This document shows, piece by piece, positions 45,854-55,378 of a stretch of DNA of 64,000 nucleotides. How positions within the stretch are numbered: position 1 is the stretch's first letter; every line of letters starts with the position of its first letter. Source of the DNA: an uncultured Tateyamaria sp. (lineage in GTDB: Bacteria; Pseudomonadota; Alphaproteobacteria; Rhodobacterales; Rhodobacteraceae). Made by a program: the position numbers and the translations under genes. The stretch spans positions 87,834-151,833 of the forward strand of contig NZ_CANMBJ010000003.1 in the NCBI RefSeq assembly GCF_947496075.1. The letters run 5' to 3'. Below the pieces are notes generated by a model, which did not search any database, was not told the DNA's origin, and saw only the letters and a list, made by a program, of their open reading frames with translations.

Positions 45854-46693
45854 ATGGGACCGAAGACAATTCTGGTGTGCCTGACCACCAAAGAACATGC
45901 TGCCACCTTGCTGAAAGCGGCCGTGCCGCTGGCCCGCCGCACTGGTGCGCATCTGATCGGCTTACACACATTGGAAGCGCTTGAAGTATATCCCGGTATT
46001 TCCATTCACATACCGGATCAGGTCTTTGCGAATTTTAGCGCCAGCCAGAAGCAGACTGCGGAGGAGATCAAAGAGATTTTCAACGCCCACACCCGGTCCG
46101 AAGATTTTGTGAGCGAGTACCGCTTGGTGCAGGCACAATCCAACACAGCCTCGGAACGCATGATCGAAAGTGCGCGGGCCGCTGATCTGGTGATCATGGC
46201 CCACGAAGATAAAGACTTGGACAGATACGACCAGCGCCGTGCGCAAGAGGCCGTGATCCGCCAAAGCGGAAGGCCGGTGATCGTGGTGCCACTGGGTTAT
46301 GACGGCCCCGAGATTGGTCACAAGGCCCTTCTTGGATGGAGCGAAACGAGAGAAGCGGGGCGTGCGGCCCATGACATGCTGGATATTATGGCACCCGGCT
46401 CCGAGATCGTCGCGTTGCGCGTCAAGGACCGTGCACAAGACGAGTTGCACGATTCCGATATGCTTGATGTGACCAGCGCGCTGGCTCGCCACGGACACAA
46501 GGTTGATCTACGCCATCTTGACCAAGCCGGTCAGGCTATCGCGGATGTGCTGCTTCAATGCGCGTTCGAAGAGGGTGCGGATATTGTTGTGACAGGCGCG
46601 TTTGGGCACTCCAACGCCTATGATTTTGTGGTCGGTGCAACCAGCAAGGCGTTGTTACGAAATGCGAAACTGCCAGTTTTGTTGTCGAAGTGA
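45854..46693 (+). CDS. tandem-domain universal stress protein (UspA family)
   Basis: Two USP halves: KTILVCLT...ADLVIMAHED... and ...ADIVVTGAFGHSNAYDFVVGATSKALLRNAKLPVLLS (ATP-binding G-2x-G-9x-G(S/T) motif). Confidence 0.85.
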   Translation: MGPKTILVCLTTKEHAATLLKAAVPLARRTGAHLIGLHTLEALEVYPGISIHIPDQVFANFSASQKQTAEEIKEIFNAHTRSEDFVSEYRLVQAQSNTASERMIESARAADLVIMAHEDKDLDRYDQRRAQEAVIRQSGRPVIVVPLGYDGPEIGHKALLGWSETREAGRAAHDMLDIMAPGSEIVALRVKDRAQDELHDSDMLDVTSALARHGHKVDLRHLDQAGQAIADVLLQCAFEEGADIVVTGAFGHSNAYDFVVGATSKALLRNAKLPVLLSK

Positions 46694-47150
46694 ACAACGG
46701 CAAAGCATCCAAAAAAACCAACAAAAGATGCCATTTGGTCTTATTGCGCATGGTTTGCACTGCACTTGAAATGAAACTGGCTGACTAAGGCTCGTCTGCC
46801 GGAAGGAGGCAGGTCTCATGCCCTCACTTTGATAAGCGGCAGCGATACGGCACTCGCCAAACCCGGCCCGGAACGCGAACAACAGCGATTAGATCAGTGC
46901 ATCTAAATCCAGAAAGCACAGCTTTATCGCACTCCTCGGTAATCTGGATTGCACGCACCAGCATGGAGTTATTTCTAAGCCCCACGAGTCCGTTAAGTCA
47001 TCAATTTTTTAGAACGGGCTACATTGCAATTATGACCACAAGGAGGGTGCGAACAGATGCTTTATGAGTAAGAGCGGCGTCTTGAGAGGGCCGGTTATCC
47101 CGCTTCGAGATCTTGAGCAACGCAGAATTTTGCACAATTCACGAATGGCC

Positions 47151-47227
47151 GCTTCCGGTCCTAAGACGACATCCAAGGTTGGTTAGCGATGCTGCGTTTG
47201 CAGCACGGAAAGCTGCCATTAGCTGCG
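47151..47227 (+). repeat. copy A of a diverged direct repeat flanking the DUF2189 gene
   Basis: Shares GCTTCCGG ... AAGCTGCC(A/C)TTAGCTGCG anchors with 48245..48328. The interior is only weakly similar by eye. Confidence 0.35.
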
Positions 47228-47401
47228 AACGCAAATTTCGGAACTGATCGAACTCACAAAAGCGGGAGTTAGCTGCCTCTCCCCTACTTGCCCCGATGCA
47301 CCCCCTCATGCAACCTTGAGGACGGATAAGGATTGTCAATCTCGCCGCTAGGTCCACGGTCAAAGGATCTGCGCGCCGACGTGTTTGGAGAGGAGTTCTT
47401 C

Positions 47402-48241
47402 ATGACATCCAAAACCACAGGTCCGACACCACAGGACAAGCTGACGTCGCAGCAGCCGAGCATGCCCAAGGTCAACAAGGTGTTGGCGGAGGATATCAGC
47501 GCGTCGCTGAAGGCCGGGTTTTCCGACTTTCTGGCGCGCCCCGTCATGAGCGGCTTCTTCGGCCTCTTCTATGCGCTGTTCGGGATGCTTCTCGTCTGGT
47601 GCCTAGTCTGGCTTGGCAAAATCTGGATGATCATCCCCGCGTTGATCGCCTTTCCGCTGGTCGCACCGTTTGCTTGCGCCGGTCTTTACGAAATGTCGCG
47701 CCGGTTGCAGACGGCAGAGCCTTTCGGCTGGTTCAACATCCTCACTGTCATGGCCGATCAACGCAAGCGCGAGATGAGCTGGATGGCCTTTGTCACCCTG
47801 TTCGTATTGTGGGTCTGGTTCTACCAGTTCCGGACCGTTCTAGTGATCGTGCTGCAGGACGCGTCTTTCTCGGATCTGGACGGCTTCTTCAACACCGTCT
47901 TGTTTACACCGGAGGGCTGGACCTTCCTTGCAATCGGCACATGCGTCGGCGCATGTATGGCAGCTGCCTTGTTCACAGTGACGGTCGTGGCCATGCCTTT
48001 GCTGCTCGACCGGGACATTGATTTCGTGACCGCCATGATCACGTCCATTCGCGTCGTTAAAAAAAATCCGGTGGTCATGCTCACTTGGGCGGCGATTATC
48101 ATGGTCACTACGCTGTTGTCGCTGGTTCCGGCGTTTCTGGGCCTGATCTTCACCCTGCCCATCCTTGGCCACACCACATGGCATCTCTATCAGCGGGCCG
48201 TGTCCCCAGCGGAGGGGCGATCCTCGGTACAATTGGGTTGA
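47402..48241 (+). CDS. DUF2189-like integral membrane protein
   Basis: LAEDISASLKAGFSDFLARPVMSGFFGLFYALFGMLLVW... with about 5 TM segments, as recalled for DUF2189. Start taken at ATG 47402. Confidence 0.55.
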   Translation: MTSKTTGPTPQDKLTSQQPSMPKVNKVLAEDISASLKAGFSDFLARPVMSGFFGLFYALFGMLLVWCLVWLGKIWMIIPALIAFPLVAPFACAGLYEMSRRLQTAEPFGWFNILTVMADQRKREMSWMAFVTLFVLWVWFYQFRTVLVIVLQDASFSDLDGFFNTVLFTPEGWTFLAIGTCVGACMAAALFTVTVVAMPLLLDRDIDFVTAMITSIRVVKKNPVVMLTWAAIIMVTTLLSLVPAFLGLIFTLPILGHTTWHLYQRAVSPAEGRSSVQLG

Positions 48242-48244
48242 CAT

Positions 48245-48328
48245 GCTTCCGGACGCAGAACGCCATTTGCTTTCATTGGCCGAAGTCTTGTGAGGTCCGC
48301 TTTGGGCTCGAAGCTGCCCTTAGCTGCG
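48245..48328 (+). repeat. copy B of the diverged direct repeat
   Basis: See copy A. Confidence 0.35.
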
Positions 48329-48570
48329 CGATACCCAAACTACCGCATGCGGACAAAACCCTGTGACAGAACTTTCCCACTACAAACTGTCCTATCGGCC
48401 GGTGGCAAAAACGTCTGAGTTTTGGCTTGTTCTGCATCCCATCCGGAATCTGGTCCGTGATCTCTAAGAATACCACTAGGTGCTCAGAATGCCTTCAGAT
48501 AGGACATCTCCCCCGATCCAAAGGTTACCTCGTTCGACCGCCCGGACCGTTACTCTGCATTTCCCTTAGG

Positions 48571-49737
48571 TCATAGCTCCTTTGGAAACGATAATTGGTC
48601 TGCTTGTCCAAGCCCAGAACCCTTCGCCAACCGATGACCACGGATCGCGGTTACTTCCAAATCCATCGTTCTGGCCATATTCCACCGCTCGAGTCTTTCT
48701 TCAGGCATTGGATCATCGGCAGTCCAGTCGGTCAGCGCCTCAGTTAGGAGCGCGGCATCCCCAAATGCTTTCGAGGTGCCCGCCGCAGTGTGCGGGCGGA
48801 CTGTTCCAGCGGCGTCGCCAATGAGCAAAGACCGACCATGAACACGCGGCTGCGCGGCTACGTCCTGCACGGGCTGCATGAATATCGCCGATTCATGAAC
48901 AAGCGCGCGGAACAGGTGTGGCAGGCTGCGGTTAGCCAGTTCGTGTATCACGCGCTTCGTCGTATCCGTGACATCACTGGCCGGAAGAAACGACCTGTAT
49001 CGTGTACCGGTTTGACCCGTCAGAAAGTGGTCGAGGTCATCGGCGGGCGTGTTCACATACCAAACCCAATTGACGCGGCGATGGCCTGGCGTGGTCTCGC
49101 CATCCGCGCCGGGAACGAGGTAGCAAAGCATCTGCATTCCGGGGTTCATGTACGATGTAAAGCGATCCTTCAGTGCCGCGACCAGCTCATTGGACAAATC
49201 GGACTCTTTTTCGAGACCACGCCAAGCGACATAGCCCGTATAGGTCGCCATGATCTCATCGCCTTGCAGCAGCTGTCTCGTTACAGAATTCACTCCGTCC
49301 GCACCAACCAGAAGATCACTCTGCGCGGCATGATCATCAGCGAACCGCGCAGTGACGTCACTACTGGACTGGTCGAGACCGATCAAACGGCTGTCCGAAT
49401 GATAGCAGGCGTCACCGAGATGGGCGCGCAAACGCTTATAGAGTGTATCCCAGGCCGTCATCAGCTGCGGGGCAGGGTTCACACTATAGCGACCATCCAA
49501 CGCGAGACCGACCCGTTCGTGCAGTTCGACGCAGACTTCGCGTGTTTGAACCCCAATCCGGTTCAACAGGGCATCAACCTCGCGCTGCATCACGACGCCT
49601 GCGCCACGGGCCTGCATCTCACCAGCGGAGCGTTCGTAAACTTTGACGTCTGCACCAAGTTGGTCGCGAAGTTCGATCGCGGCCGCGAGACCACCCACGG
49701 ATCCGCCGATGATTGCGGCTGAAAAGGGCGTCGACAT
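48571..49737 (-). CDS. FAD-dependent monooxygenase (UbiH/salicylate-hydroxylase-like)
   Basis: N-terminal dinucleotide fold (AAIIGGSVGGLAAAIEL), GADGVNSVTR, and LLIGDAAGTVRPHTAAGTSKA. Confidence 0.8.
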   Translation of the reverse strand: MSTPFSAAIIGGSVGGLAAAIELRDQLGADVKVYERSAGEMQARGAGVVMQREVDALLNRIGVQTREVCVELHERVGLALDGRYSVNPAPQLMTAWDTLYKRLRAHLGDACYHSDSRLIGLDQSSSDVTARFADDHAAQSDLLVGADGVNSVTRQLLQGDEIMATYTGYVAWRGLEKESDLSNELVAALKDRFTSYMNPGMQMLCYLVPGADGETTPGHRRVNWVWYVNTPADDLDHFLTGQTGTRYRSFLPASDVTDTTKRVIHELANRSLPHLFRALVHESAIFMQPVQDVAAQPRVHGRSLLIGDAAGTVRPHTAAGTSKAFGDAALLTEALTDWTADDPMPEERLERWNMARTMDLEVTAIRGHRLAKGSGLGQADQLSFPKEL

Positions 49738-49741
49738 CTAA

Positions 49742-50980
49742 CTACCCCTTTTCGAGATAACGGTGTACGAAGGAAACCGCCATTGCGCCTTCTCCAACCG
49801 CCGTCGCAACCCGCTTGACCGACTTGTGCCTGACATCGCCCGCTGCGAACGAGCCCGGCACGCTGGTTTCCAGAAAATGCGGCGGGCGGTCGAGTGTCCA
49901 GCATTCGGGCGGTTTCCCATCGGTTAGTAGGTCAGGCCCGGTTATGAGGTAGCCGCTTTTGTCTCGAAGTATGGCCGTATCTTTCGCCCAGTCCGTGAAG
50001 GGTTGACCTCCAATGGCGACGAAAAGACGGCCAGTATCATGCCAGTCCGCATCGCCGGACTTGCTCGATACCTTTATCTTGGCAAGCCTTTCATCACCGT
50101 CCAGCCCGGTGATCTCGCTATTGTAGCGAATATTAACATTTGCGGTCTGCTTGATGCGATCCGAAAGATAGCTCGACATCGACGCAGCGAGCTCGGAACC
50201 ACGCACAACCATCGTCACCTGTTTGGCATGATCCGCGAGGTGCATGACGGCTTGGCCAGCAGAGTTGCCACCCCCGACAACAAAGACATCCTCGCCAGAG
50301 CAGAGAGGCGCCTCGCTGACGCCCGCGCCGTAATAGAGACCTGCGCCTAGAAAGTCGTCTTCCCGGTCAAGGTTGAGACGCCGCCAATCGACGCCGGTGG
50401 CACATATGTTGGATCGAGCGATCATCGTTTTGTCATTCGCCAAGTCGGCATGAATGCGTCCATCCTTGAACACAGCCTTCACGCCCTCACGCATAAGCAG
50501 AATTTCCACTCCAAACTTAAGCGCTTGTTCTCGAGCCCGCTCGGCCAGTTCGACGCCTGCCAGACCCTTCGGAAAGCCAAGGTAATTCTCGATATTGGAC
50601 GTCGTACCAGCCTGGCCACCGACCGTGCTTCGCTCGATCAATACGGTGCTGAGGCCCTCAGATGCAGCGTAGACCGCTGCGGAGAGGCCCGCCGGTCCCG
50701 CGCCGTAGATCGACAGATCGTATTCAGCAAGACTTGGTTCAACGACGAGACCGAGAGAGTGGGCCAAGTCCTCAACCGAGGGCGTGCTCAACTTGTCCAG
50801 ACCGGGAACGCACGCGGTCGTTTTCTCGTCTGTTTCGGTCCATTCGTAGTTGATGCCAGAACGTTGGAGAAAATCGCGTAGCGCATGGCCACCCGCATCT
50901 TCGTTACGCCCTGTCAGGATGATCGGAGTGTCTTTTCCAGCGATTACTGAGGGAGTTTGGTCAGACATTTCACACCCCAT
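49742..50980 (-). CDS. thioredoxin-reductase-like FAD/NAD(P) oxidoreductase with extra N-terminal domain
   Basis: YDLSIYGAGPAGLSAAVYAASEGL, VFVVGGGNSAGQAVMHLA, FAAGDVRHKSVKRVATAVGEGA. The redox CxxC of true TrxR is not intact (NICATG). Confidence 0.7.
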   Translation of the reverse strand: MGCEMSDQTPSVIAGKDTPIILTGRNEDAGGHALRDFLQRSGINYEWTETDEKTTACVPGLDKLSTPSVEDLAHSLGLVVEPSLAEYDLSIYGAGPAGLSAAVYAASEGLSTVLIERSTVGGQAGTTSNIENYLGFPKGLAGVELAERAREQALKFGVEILLMREGVKAVFKDGRIHADLANDKTMIARSNICATGVDWRRLNLDREDDFLGAGLYYGAGVSEAPLCSGEDVFVVGGGNSAGQAVMHLADHAKQVTMVVRGSELAASMSSYLSDRIKQTANVNIRYNSEITGLDGDERLAKIKVSSKSGDADWHDTGRLFVAIGGQPFTDWAKDTAILRDKSGYLITGPDLLTDGKPPECWTLDRPPHFLETSVPGSFAAGDVRHKSVKRVATAVGEGAMAVSFVHRYLEKG

Positions 50981-51087
50981 CTAAAGAAAAACTTGGTGCC
51001 TTCGCGGCACGTAGCCTTATTAGATTCTTGGGAACCTTATGATGAGTAGGCACTTTTTGGTAACTACTAATTCCCGCTGAGGAGATC

Positions 51088-51477
51088 ATGATGACCAATG
51101 ATAATATCGACAATGGCAGCAGCATAAGACTTGATGAAAAGTATCCAGCCCGTCGCGTACTGAACCACATTGGGGATAAGTGGACGCCAATTATTCTGCA
51201 TTGCCTCGCATCCGGTACAAGACATTTTGGACAGATGCACAGGCGCATCCCCGGCTTGTCCAAGAAAATGCTGACGCAAGTGTTGCGAAGGCTGGAGCGA
51301 GACGGGCTGGTTACGCGTCGTGTTTTACGTGCGGTGCCTCCAAAGACAGACTACGAACTCACATCGCTGGGTCTACAACTACATGAGCCCATCGGGCTCA
51401 TCTGTCAGTGGGCAATTCAAAATGAAGATGTTCTCGATGCCATCGACAAAACGCGTGCGAAGCAGGCCGAAGATTGA
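51088..51477 (+). CDS. HxlR-family transcriptional regulator
   Basis: VLNHIGDKWTPIILHCLASGTRHFGQMHRRIPGLSKKMLTQVLRRLERDGLVTRRV. Confidence 0.85.
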   Translation: MMTNDNIDNGSSIRLDEKYPARRVLNHIGDKWTPIILHCLASGTRHFGQMHRRIPGLSKKMLTQVLRRLERDGLVTRRVLRAVPPKTDYELTSLGLQLHEPIGLICQWAIQNEDVLDAIDKTRAKQAED

Positions 51478-51651
51478 AGTGCTGGTTGCAGGCCTCCGGC
51501 GAAATGGGCTCTTTCAGAGCTGATCATGAGAGGCGGCTCTCTGCGAAGTACATCAAGGTCTGCTGCGCGGGACATAGTGTGCTTTCGCTGCGCGTTGTTC
51601 GATGTCTGCTCTTTGGTAAAAACCTAGCTTCGATGACTTCCGGTTCAATCA

Positions 51652-51822
51652 CTAAGCAACCGTTGAAAAATCAGGGTCGGATTGCGCGGCTTCGGAGATA
51701 ACCCATTGGCGGAATTGTTCAGTCTCGGGTCTGCGTTGCGCCTTACGTAAAGTGACGACGTAGTAGTGTAAGTCCGACGTAACAGTTTCGGTGAAGCATC
51801 GCTCTATGCGAGCCCCGGACAT
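51652..51822 (-). pseudogene. C-terminal remnant of a LysR-family (GcvA-like) regulator
   Basis: Hand translation: MSGARIERCFTETVTSDLHYYVVTLRKAQRRPETEQFRQWVISEAAQSDPDFSTVA. The ...YYVV..RK....PE...FR.W...EA ending is typical of LysR C-termini. No HTH or N-terminal part is present upstream. Confidence 0.4.
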
Positions 51823-52069
51823 GATGCGCTACACGCTGCCGACACAAAGGAGCATTGAGCTAAGATCGGCTTGGCGGACAAAATGACTTTGGCTGCACCC
51901 GTGCGAAAGCACTACGAAAGGCAAAATGTCAGTGACTGCCGATGCAAAATCATGCCTCGCATACGTGTACCGAGGTAAGGGTCTTTACATCTAAATACAG
52001 GTGAGGAAGATTATGCTGCCGTATCGCCTCATCGGTAAATAAAGAGCACTGCGGCGAGGCCATTTTTGT

Positions 52070-53122
52070 CTATTCTGCCGGCGCAAAGCCAGTGATCAGC
52101 TGTCTCAGTCCCACGGCTGCACCGATGAAGATCGCCAAAAATGCCAAAGGCGCGCTGAACGCCAACACAGAAAATGCCGAGATGCCCTGACCGACACTGC
52201 ATCCAACGGCTAGGATCGCCCCGGGGCCCATGAGTGCGGCGCCCATGATTTGCCGTCGCAACTCCCGTGGGTCTTCGCAGGCTTCCCAACGGAAGTGACC
52301 CTTGGAATATGACCCCAAGGCTGCGCCGATCACGACGCCCAATACCGAGCCGACGCTGAACGAAAGTGCGTTGCCGGATGCTGTCATGGAATAGAAGATG
52401 GTGTCGCCAATGGGTGCGGCAAAGGTGTGGGTTTCAATTGGTTCAGCCTCGAACCCAGCCATGGCCACCCAGTACGTGCCGACCCAGCCGGACACGATCG
52501 CAGTGCCGACCACGCCGCCCCAGAGCAAATGGCCCGGCGCACGGCGCATGTCTGCGGACGAGATGGCCCAAGCCAAAAGCGCGCCTCCGACAACCAGCCC
52601 GGTGACGAGGGGTGCGACCCCGAACCCCTCGAACAGTTGTGTAAAACCTTGTGCGGATCTGGCATCGGTTTCGACCGGGAACAGCATGACCCGCAGGTGG
52701 GCAAGGGGGCCCGACATGACGAAATACGCAGACAAGCCCATGACCAACACGATGACGAAGGACCGCAGGTCGCCGCCGCCTAGTCGCGCCAAGGCGCCGT
52801 AGCCGCAATTGCCGCTGAGCGCCATGCCGTAGCCGAACATCAACCCGCCGATGATCGTACCGGCAGGGTTCCACACCCGGTCAAGATAGGCCGCTTCAGA
52901 CGCATCGAACATGCCCAGCGACATGGCGATATGGGTGCCGATGATGGCAACGCCGATGGCAATAAGCCACATCCGCATGCGTCGATCATCCGAACCGTAA
53001 AGCACGTCTTCGATAGCACCCAGGGTACAAAAACGGCCAATCCGTGCGGCAAGTCCAAGAACGATGCCCCCGAATAGACCAATCAATGCAACGGCGTTGG
53101 CTTCGCCCAGCAATTCCAGCAT
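52070..53122 (-). CDS. soxT: YeeE/YedE-family sulfur-compound transporter (SoxT-like)
   Basis: RIGRFCTLGAIED and a second GCSVGQG half. About 9 TM segments. Position downstream of soxR, as in Paracoccus. Confidence 0.7.
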   Translation of the reverse strand: MLELLGEANAVALIGLFGGIVLGLAARIGRFCTLGAIEDVLYGSDDRRMRMWLIAIGVAIIGTHIAMSLGMFDASEAAYLDRVWNPAGTIIGGLMFGYGMALSGNCGYGALARLGGGDLRSFVIVLVMGLSAYFVMSGPLAHLRVMLFPVETDARSAQGFTQLFEGFGVAPLVTGLVVGGALLAWAISSADMRRAPGHLLWGGVVGTAIVSGWVGTYWVAMAGFEAEPIETHTFAAPIGDTIFYSMTASGNALSFSVGSVLGVVIGAALGSYSKGHFRWEACEDPRELRRQIMGAALMGPGAILAVGCSVGQGISAFSVLAFSAPLAFLAIFIGAAVGLRQLITGFAPAE

Positions 53123-53164
53123 GTCGGCTTCCTCCCGAAGACCGATCGCTGGCGAAGTGACCGG

Positions 53165-53551
53165 TCAGTCGTTGTCCCTGCAGAACAGGTCGTAGACGAC
53201 TTCCATGATTTGCCGGGGCCGGTCATCTGTCAAGCTGTAGTAGATCGCCTTGCCATCACGGCGCGGTTTCACCAACCCTTCCAGCCGCAAGCGGGAAAGC
53301 TGCTGTGACACAGCGGCCTGACGCGCCGATAGCAAATCTTCGAGTTCGGTGACCGACTTTTCGCCCGAAGCGAGGTGGCACAGGATCATCAGACGTCCTT
53401 CGTGGCTGATCGCCTTGAGGAAATTCGACGCGTCCTGCGCGTTGCGCATCATCTTTTCCATATCCTCGGTACACATATTGGCGTCGAAGACGGGCAGGCG
53501 CGATGGTGTATCCACCTTGGGGTTCGGTTCGATTGTCATATCAAGCGTCAT
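53165..53551 (-). CDS. soxR: ArsR/SmtB-family repressor SoxR
   Basis: FLKAISHEGRLMILCHLASGEKSVTELEDLLSARQAAVSQQLSRLRLEGLV is an ArsR-type HTH. Located next to soxS and divergent from soxV. Confidence 0.8.
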   Translation of the reverse strand: MTLDMTIEPNPKVDTPSRLPVFDANMCTEDMEKMMRNAQDASNFLKAISHEGRLMILCHLASGEKSVTELEDLLSARQAAVSQQLSRLRLEGLVKPRRDGKAIYYSLTDDRPRQIMEVVYDLFCRDND

Positions 53552-53557
53552 AGCGTT

Positions 53558-53953
53558 CTAGCCCGTTTTGTCCAAGGGGATGTCGGCGCGTTCAAACATC
53601 ATCGTGAGGAGGCTCCAGAAGAAATCTTCGCCCGGATACCCTTCGATCCGACCCACTTCGGTTCCGTTATTGACTAGGATGAACGTGGGCGTGAAACGCA
53701 CCTTTTGAGCGAAGGTGACATCCGGTGTCTCGCTGTGCAGATCGTAGCGTTGAAGGGGGGCCGTCTTTCCCTCTGTTGTCTTTGGGTAGATGTGGGAGAT
53801 TTCCTCGTTCCATCTGGCACACCAGAAACATCCTGCTTCTTCTGCCATAAGCAGATAGGTCTCTGCCGCAGCGGGCAGGGGTAGCGTCAGAAGGGCCGTG
53901 ACCAGCCATTTGCGTATTGTGTGCACGACCCACTCCGATTGACGCCGTTTCAT
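53558..53953 (-). CDS. soxS: periplasmic thioredoxin-like protein SoxS
   Basis: Signal peptide, CFWC redox motif, ~130 aa, at the soxS position. Confidence 0.7.
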   Translation of the reverse strand: MKRRQSEWVVHTIRKWLVTALLTLPLPAAAETYLLMAEEAGCFWCARWNEEISHIYPKTTEGKTAPLQRYDLHSETPDVTFAQKVRFTPTFILVNNGTEVGRIEGYPGEDFFWSLLTMMFERADIPLDKTG

Positions 53954-54005
53954 TCTTCATCATAATCTAATTTGTGAATATCTCAAGGCAAGGGGCCGCC
54001 GGATC

Positions 54006-54746
54006 ATGTTTGATGTGACATATTTGGGCGCTTTGCTGGCGGGTCTGCTGTCTTTCTTGTCACCCTGCATTCTGCCCATCGTGCCGTTCTACCTGAGCTA
54101 TCTCGCGGGGGTGGGTATGAACCAGATATCAGCCGAAGCAGAGGTCTCGCCACAAGTGCGACTGCGCGCGTTTCTGGCGGCGTGCTGCTTTGCTTTGGGT
54201 GTAATCACCGTGTTCATGGGGCTGGGGGCCACGGCCACTGCCTTCGGTCAGATGGTGCGCGAGTACTTCGATGTGCTGCGTTGGGTCGCGGCGGGGATCA
54301 TCATTGCGATGGGTCTGCATTTCCTGGGGGTCGTGCGCATTGGGTTTTTGTACCGCCAGTTCAGGGCCGACGCCGGGAACACGTCGAATGTGGGGCTGCT
54401 GGGCGCTTTTGTAATTGGTCTCGCCTTTGCTTTTGGCTGGACACCTTGCGTGGGGCCGGTGCTGGCTGCCATTCTGTTCACAGCCGCGGGACAAGAGACA
54501 GCCGGACAGGGGGCGAGTCTACTCTTTGTCTACGGCCTCGGCATGACGCTGCCCTTTGTTGTAGCGGCGCTGTTCATAGGACCGTTCATGTCGTGGATGG
54601 CGCGGTTTCGTCGTCATCTCGGCCTGATCGAGAGGATGATGGGGGCGCTTCTCATTCTGTTTGGGGTGCTGATTGCCACCAATTCCATCAACTACATCGC
54701 CCAATGGATGCTGGAGCACGTGCCGTGGTTCAGCGCCATTGGCTGA
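54006..54746 (+). CDS. soxV: CcdA/DsbD-like transmembrane thiol-disulfide transporter SoxV
   Basis: LSFLSPCILPIVPFYLSYLAG and FGWTPCVGPVLAAIL, the two conserved Cys of CcdA. Confidence 0.85.
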   Translation: MFDVTYLGALLAGLLSFLSPCILPIVPFYLSYLAGVGMNQISAEAEVSPQVRLRAFLAACCFALGVITVFMGLGATATAFGQMVREYFDVLRWVAAGIIIAMGLHFLGVVRIGFLYRQFRADAGNTSNVGLLGAFVIGLAFAFGWTPCVGPVLAAILFTAAGQETAGQGASLLFVYGLGMTLPFVVAALFIGPFMSWMARFRRHLGLIERMMGALLILFGVLIATNSINYIAQWMLEHVPWFSAIG

Positions 54747-54764
54747 CATCCAAGGGAGGATACC

Positions 54765-55325
54765 ATGTTTCGACTGATTGCACTGCTGATCGCCCTGTGC
54801 CTTACCATTCCAGCGATGGCTGCTGAGCTGGGGGATGACGGCCTGCACAAGGCACCGTGGATGCGCGACACGTTCAAGGACCTGACAGAAGATCTGGAAG
54901 AGGCGGGTGCAGAGGGCAAACGCCTGATGGTTCTGGTCGAACAGCGCGGCTGCATCTACTGCAAGAAGATGCACGAGGAAGTCTTTGTGATCCCCGAGAT
55001 CTCGCAATACATCGAGGACAACTTTTTCGTCGTACAGATCAACATGTTTGGAGATGTAGAAGTCACCGACTTTGACGGCACGGTGTTGCCCGAAAAGGAT
55101 ATGGTCAAACGCTGGGGTGCACTGTTTACGCCCAGCATATACTTCTTTCCCGAAGAGGTGGGCGATGATGTAATGGCAACGCAAGCAGCCGTTGCCAACA
55201 TGCCCGGTGCATTTGGACGCTGGACCACCTTCAACATGCTGAACTGGGTCGTGGACAAAGGATACGAAGGCGATGAGCCGTTCCAGAAGTACCACGCACG
55301 CAAGTTCGAGGAACAGAACGGCTGA
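54765..55325 (+). CDS. soxW: periplasmic thioredoxin SoxW
   Basis: Signal peptide plus the CIYCKKMH thioredoxin motif. Located downstream of soxV. Confidence 0.8.
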   Translation: MFRLIALLIALCLTIPAMAAELGDDGLHKAPWMRDTFKDLTEDLEEAGAEGKRLMVLVEQRGCIYCKKMHEEVFVIPEISQYIEDNFFVVQINMFGDVEVTDFDGTVLPEKDMVKRWGALFTPSIYFFPEEVGDDVMATQAAVANMPGAFGRWTTFNMLNWVVDKGYEGDEPFQKYHARKFEEQNG

Positions 55326-55378
55326 GCGATGCTGCAAGCGCGAAACAATTGTTGCGCCCAATGCTGCGTTTGCAAACA

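Noticed and set aside
51630-51665. ccggttcaatcac resembles a tRNA T-loop (GGTTCAAxxCC).
   Set aside because: No complementary T-stem, acceptor stem or anticodon arm can be drawn around it. No tRNA was found anywhere in the window by eye.
55344-55353. The AACAATTGTT palindrome after soxW, considered as a terminator.
   Set aside because: It is a loop-less 10-bp palindrome with only short GC flanks and no U-tract. It is more likely a protein-binding site or chance, so it is kept only as part of the operator finding.
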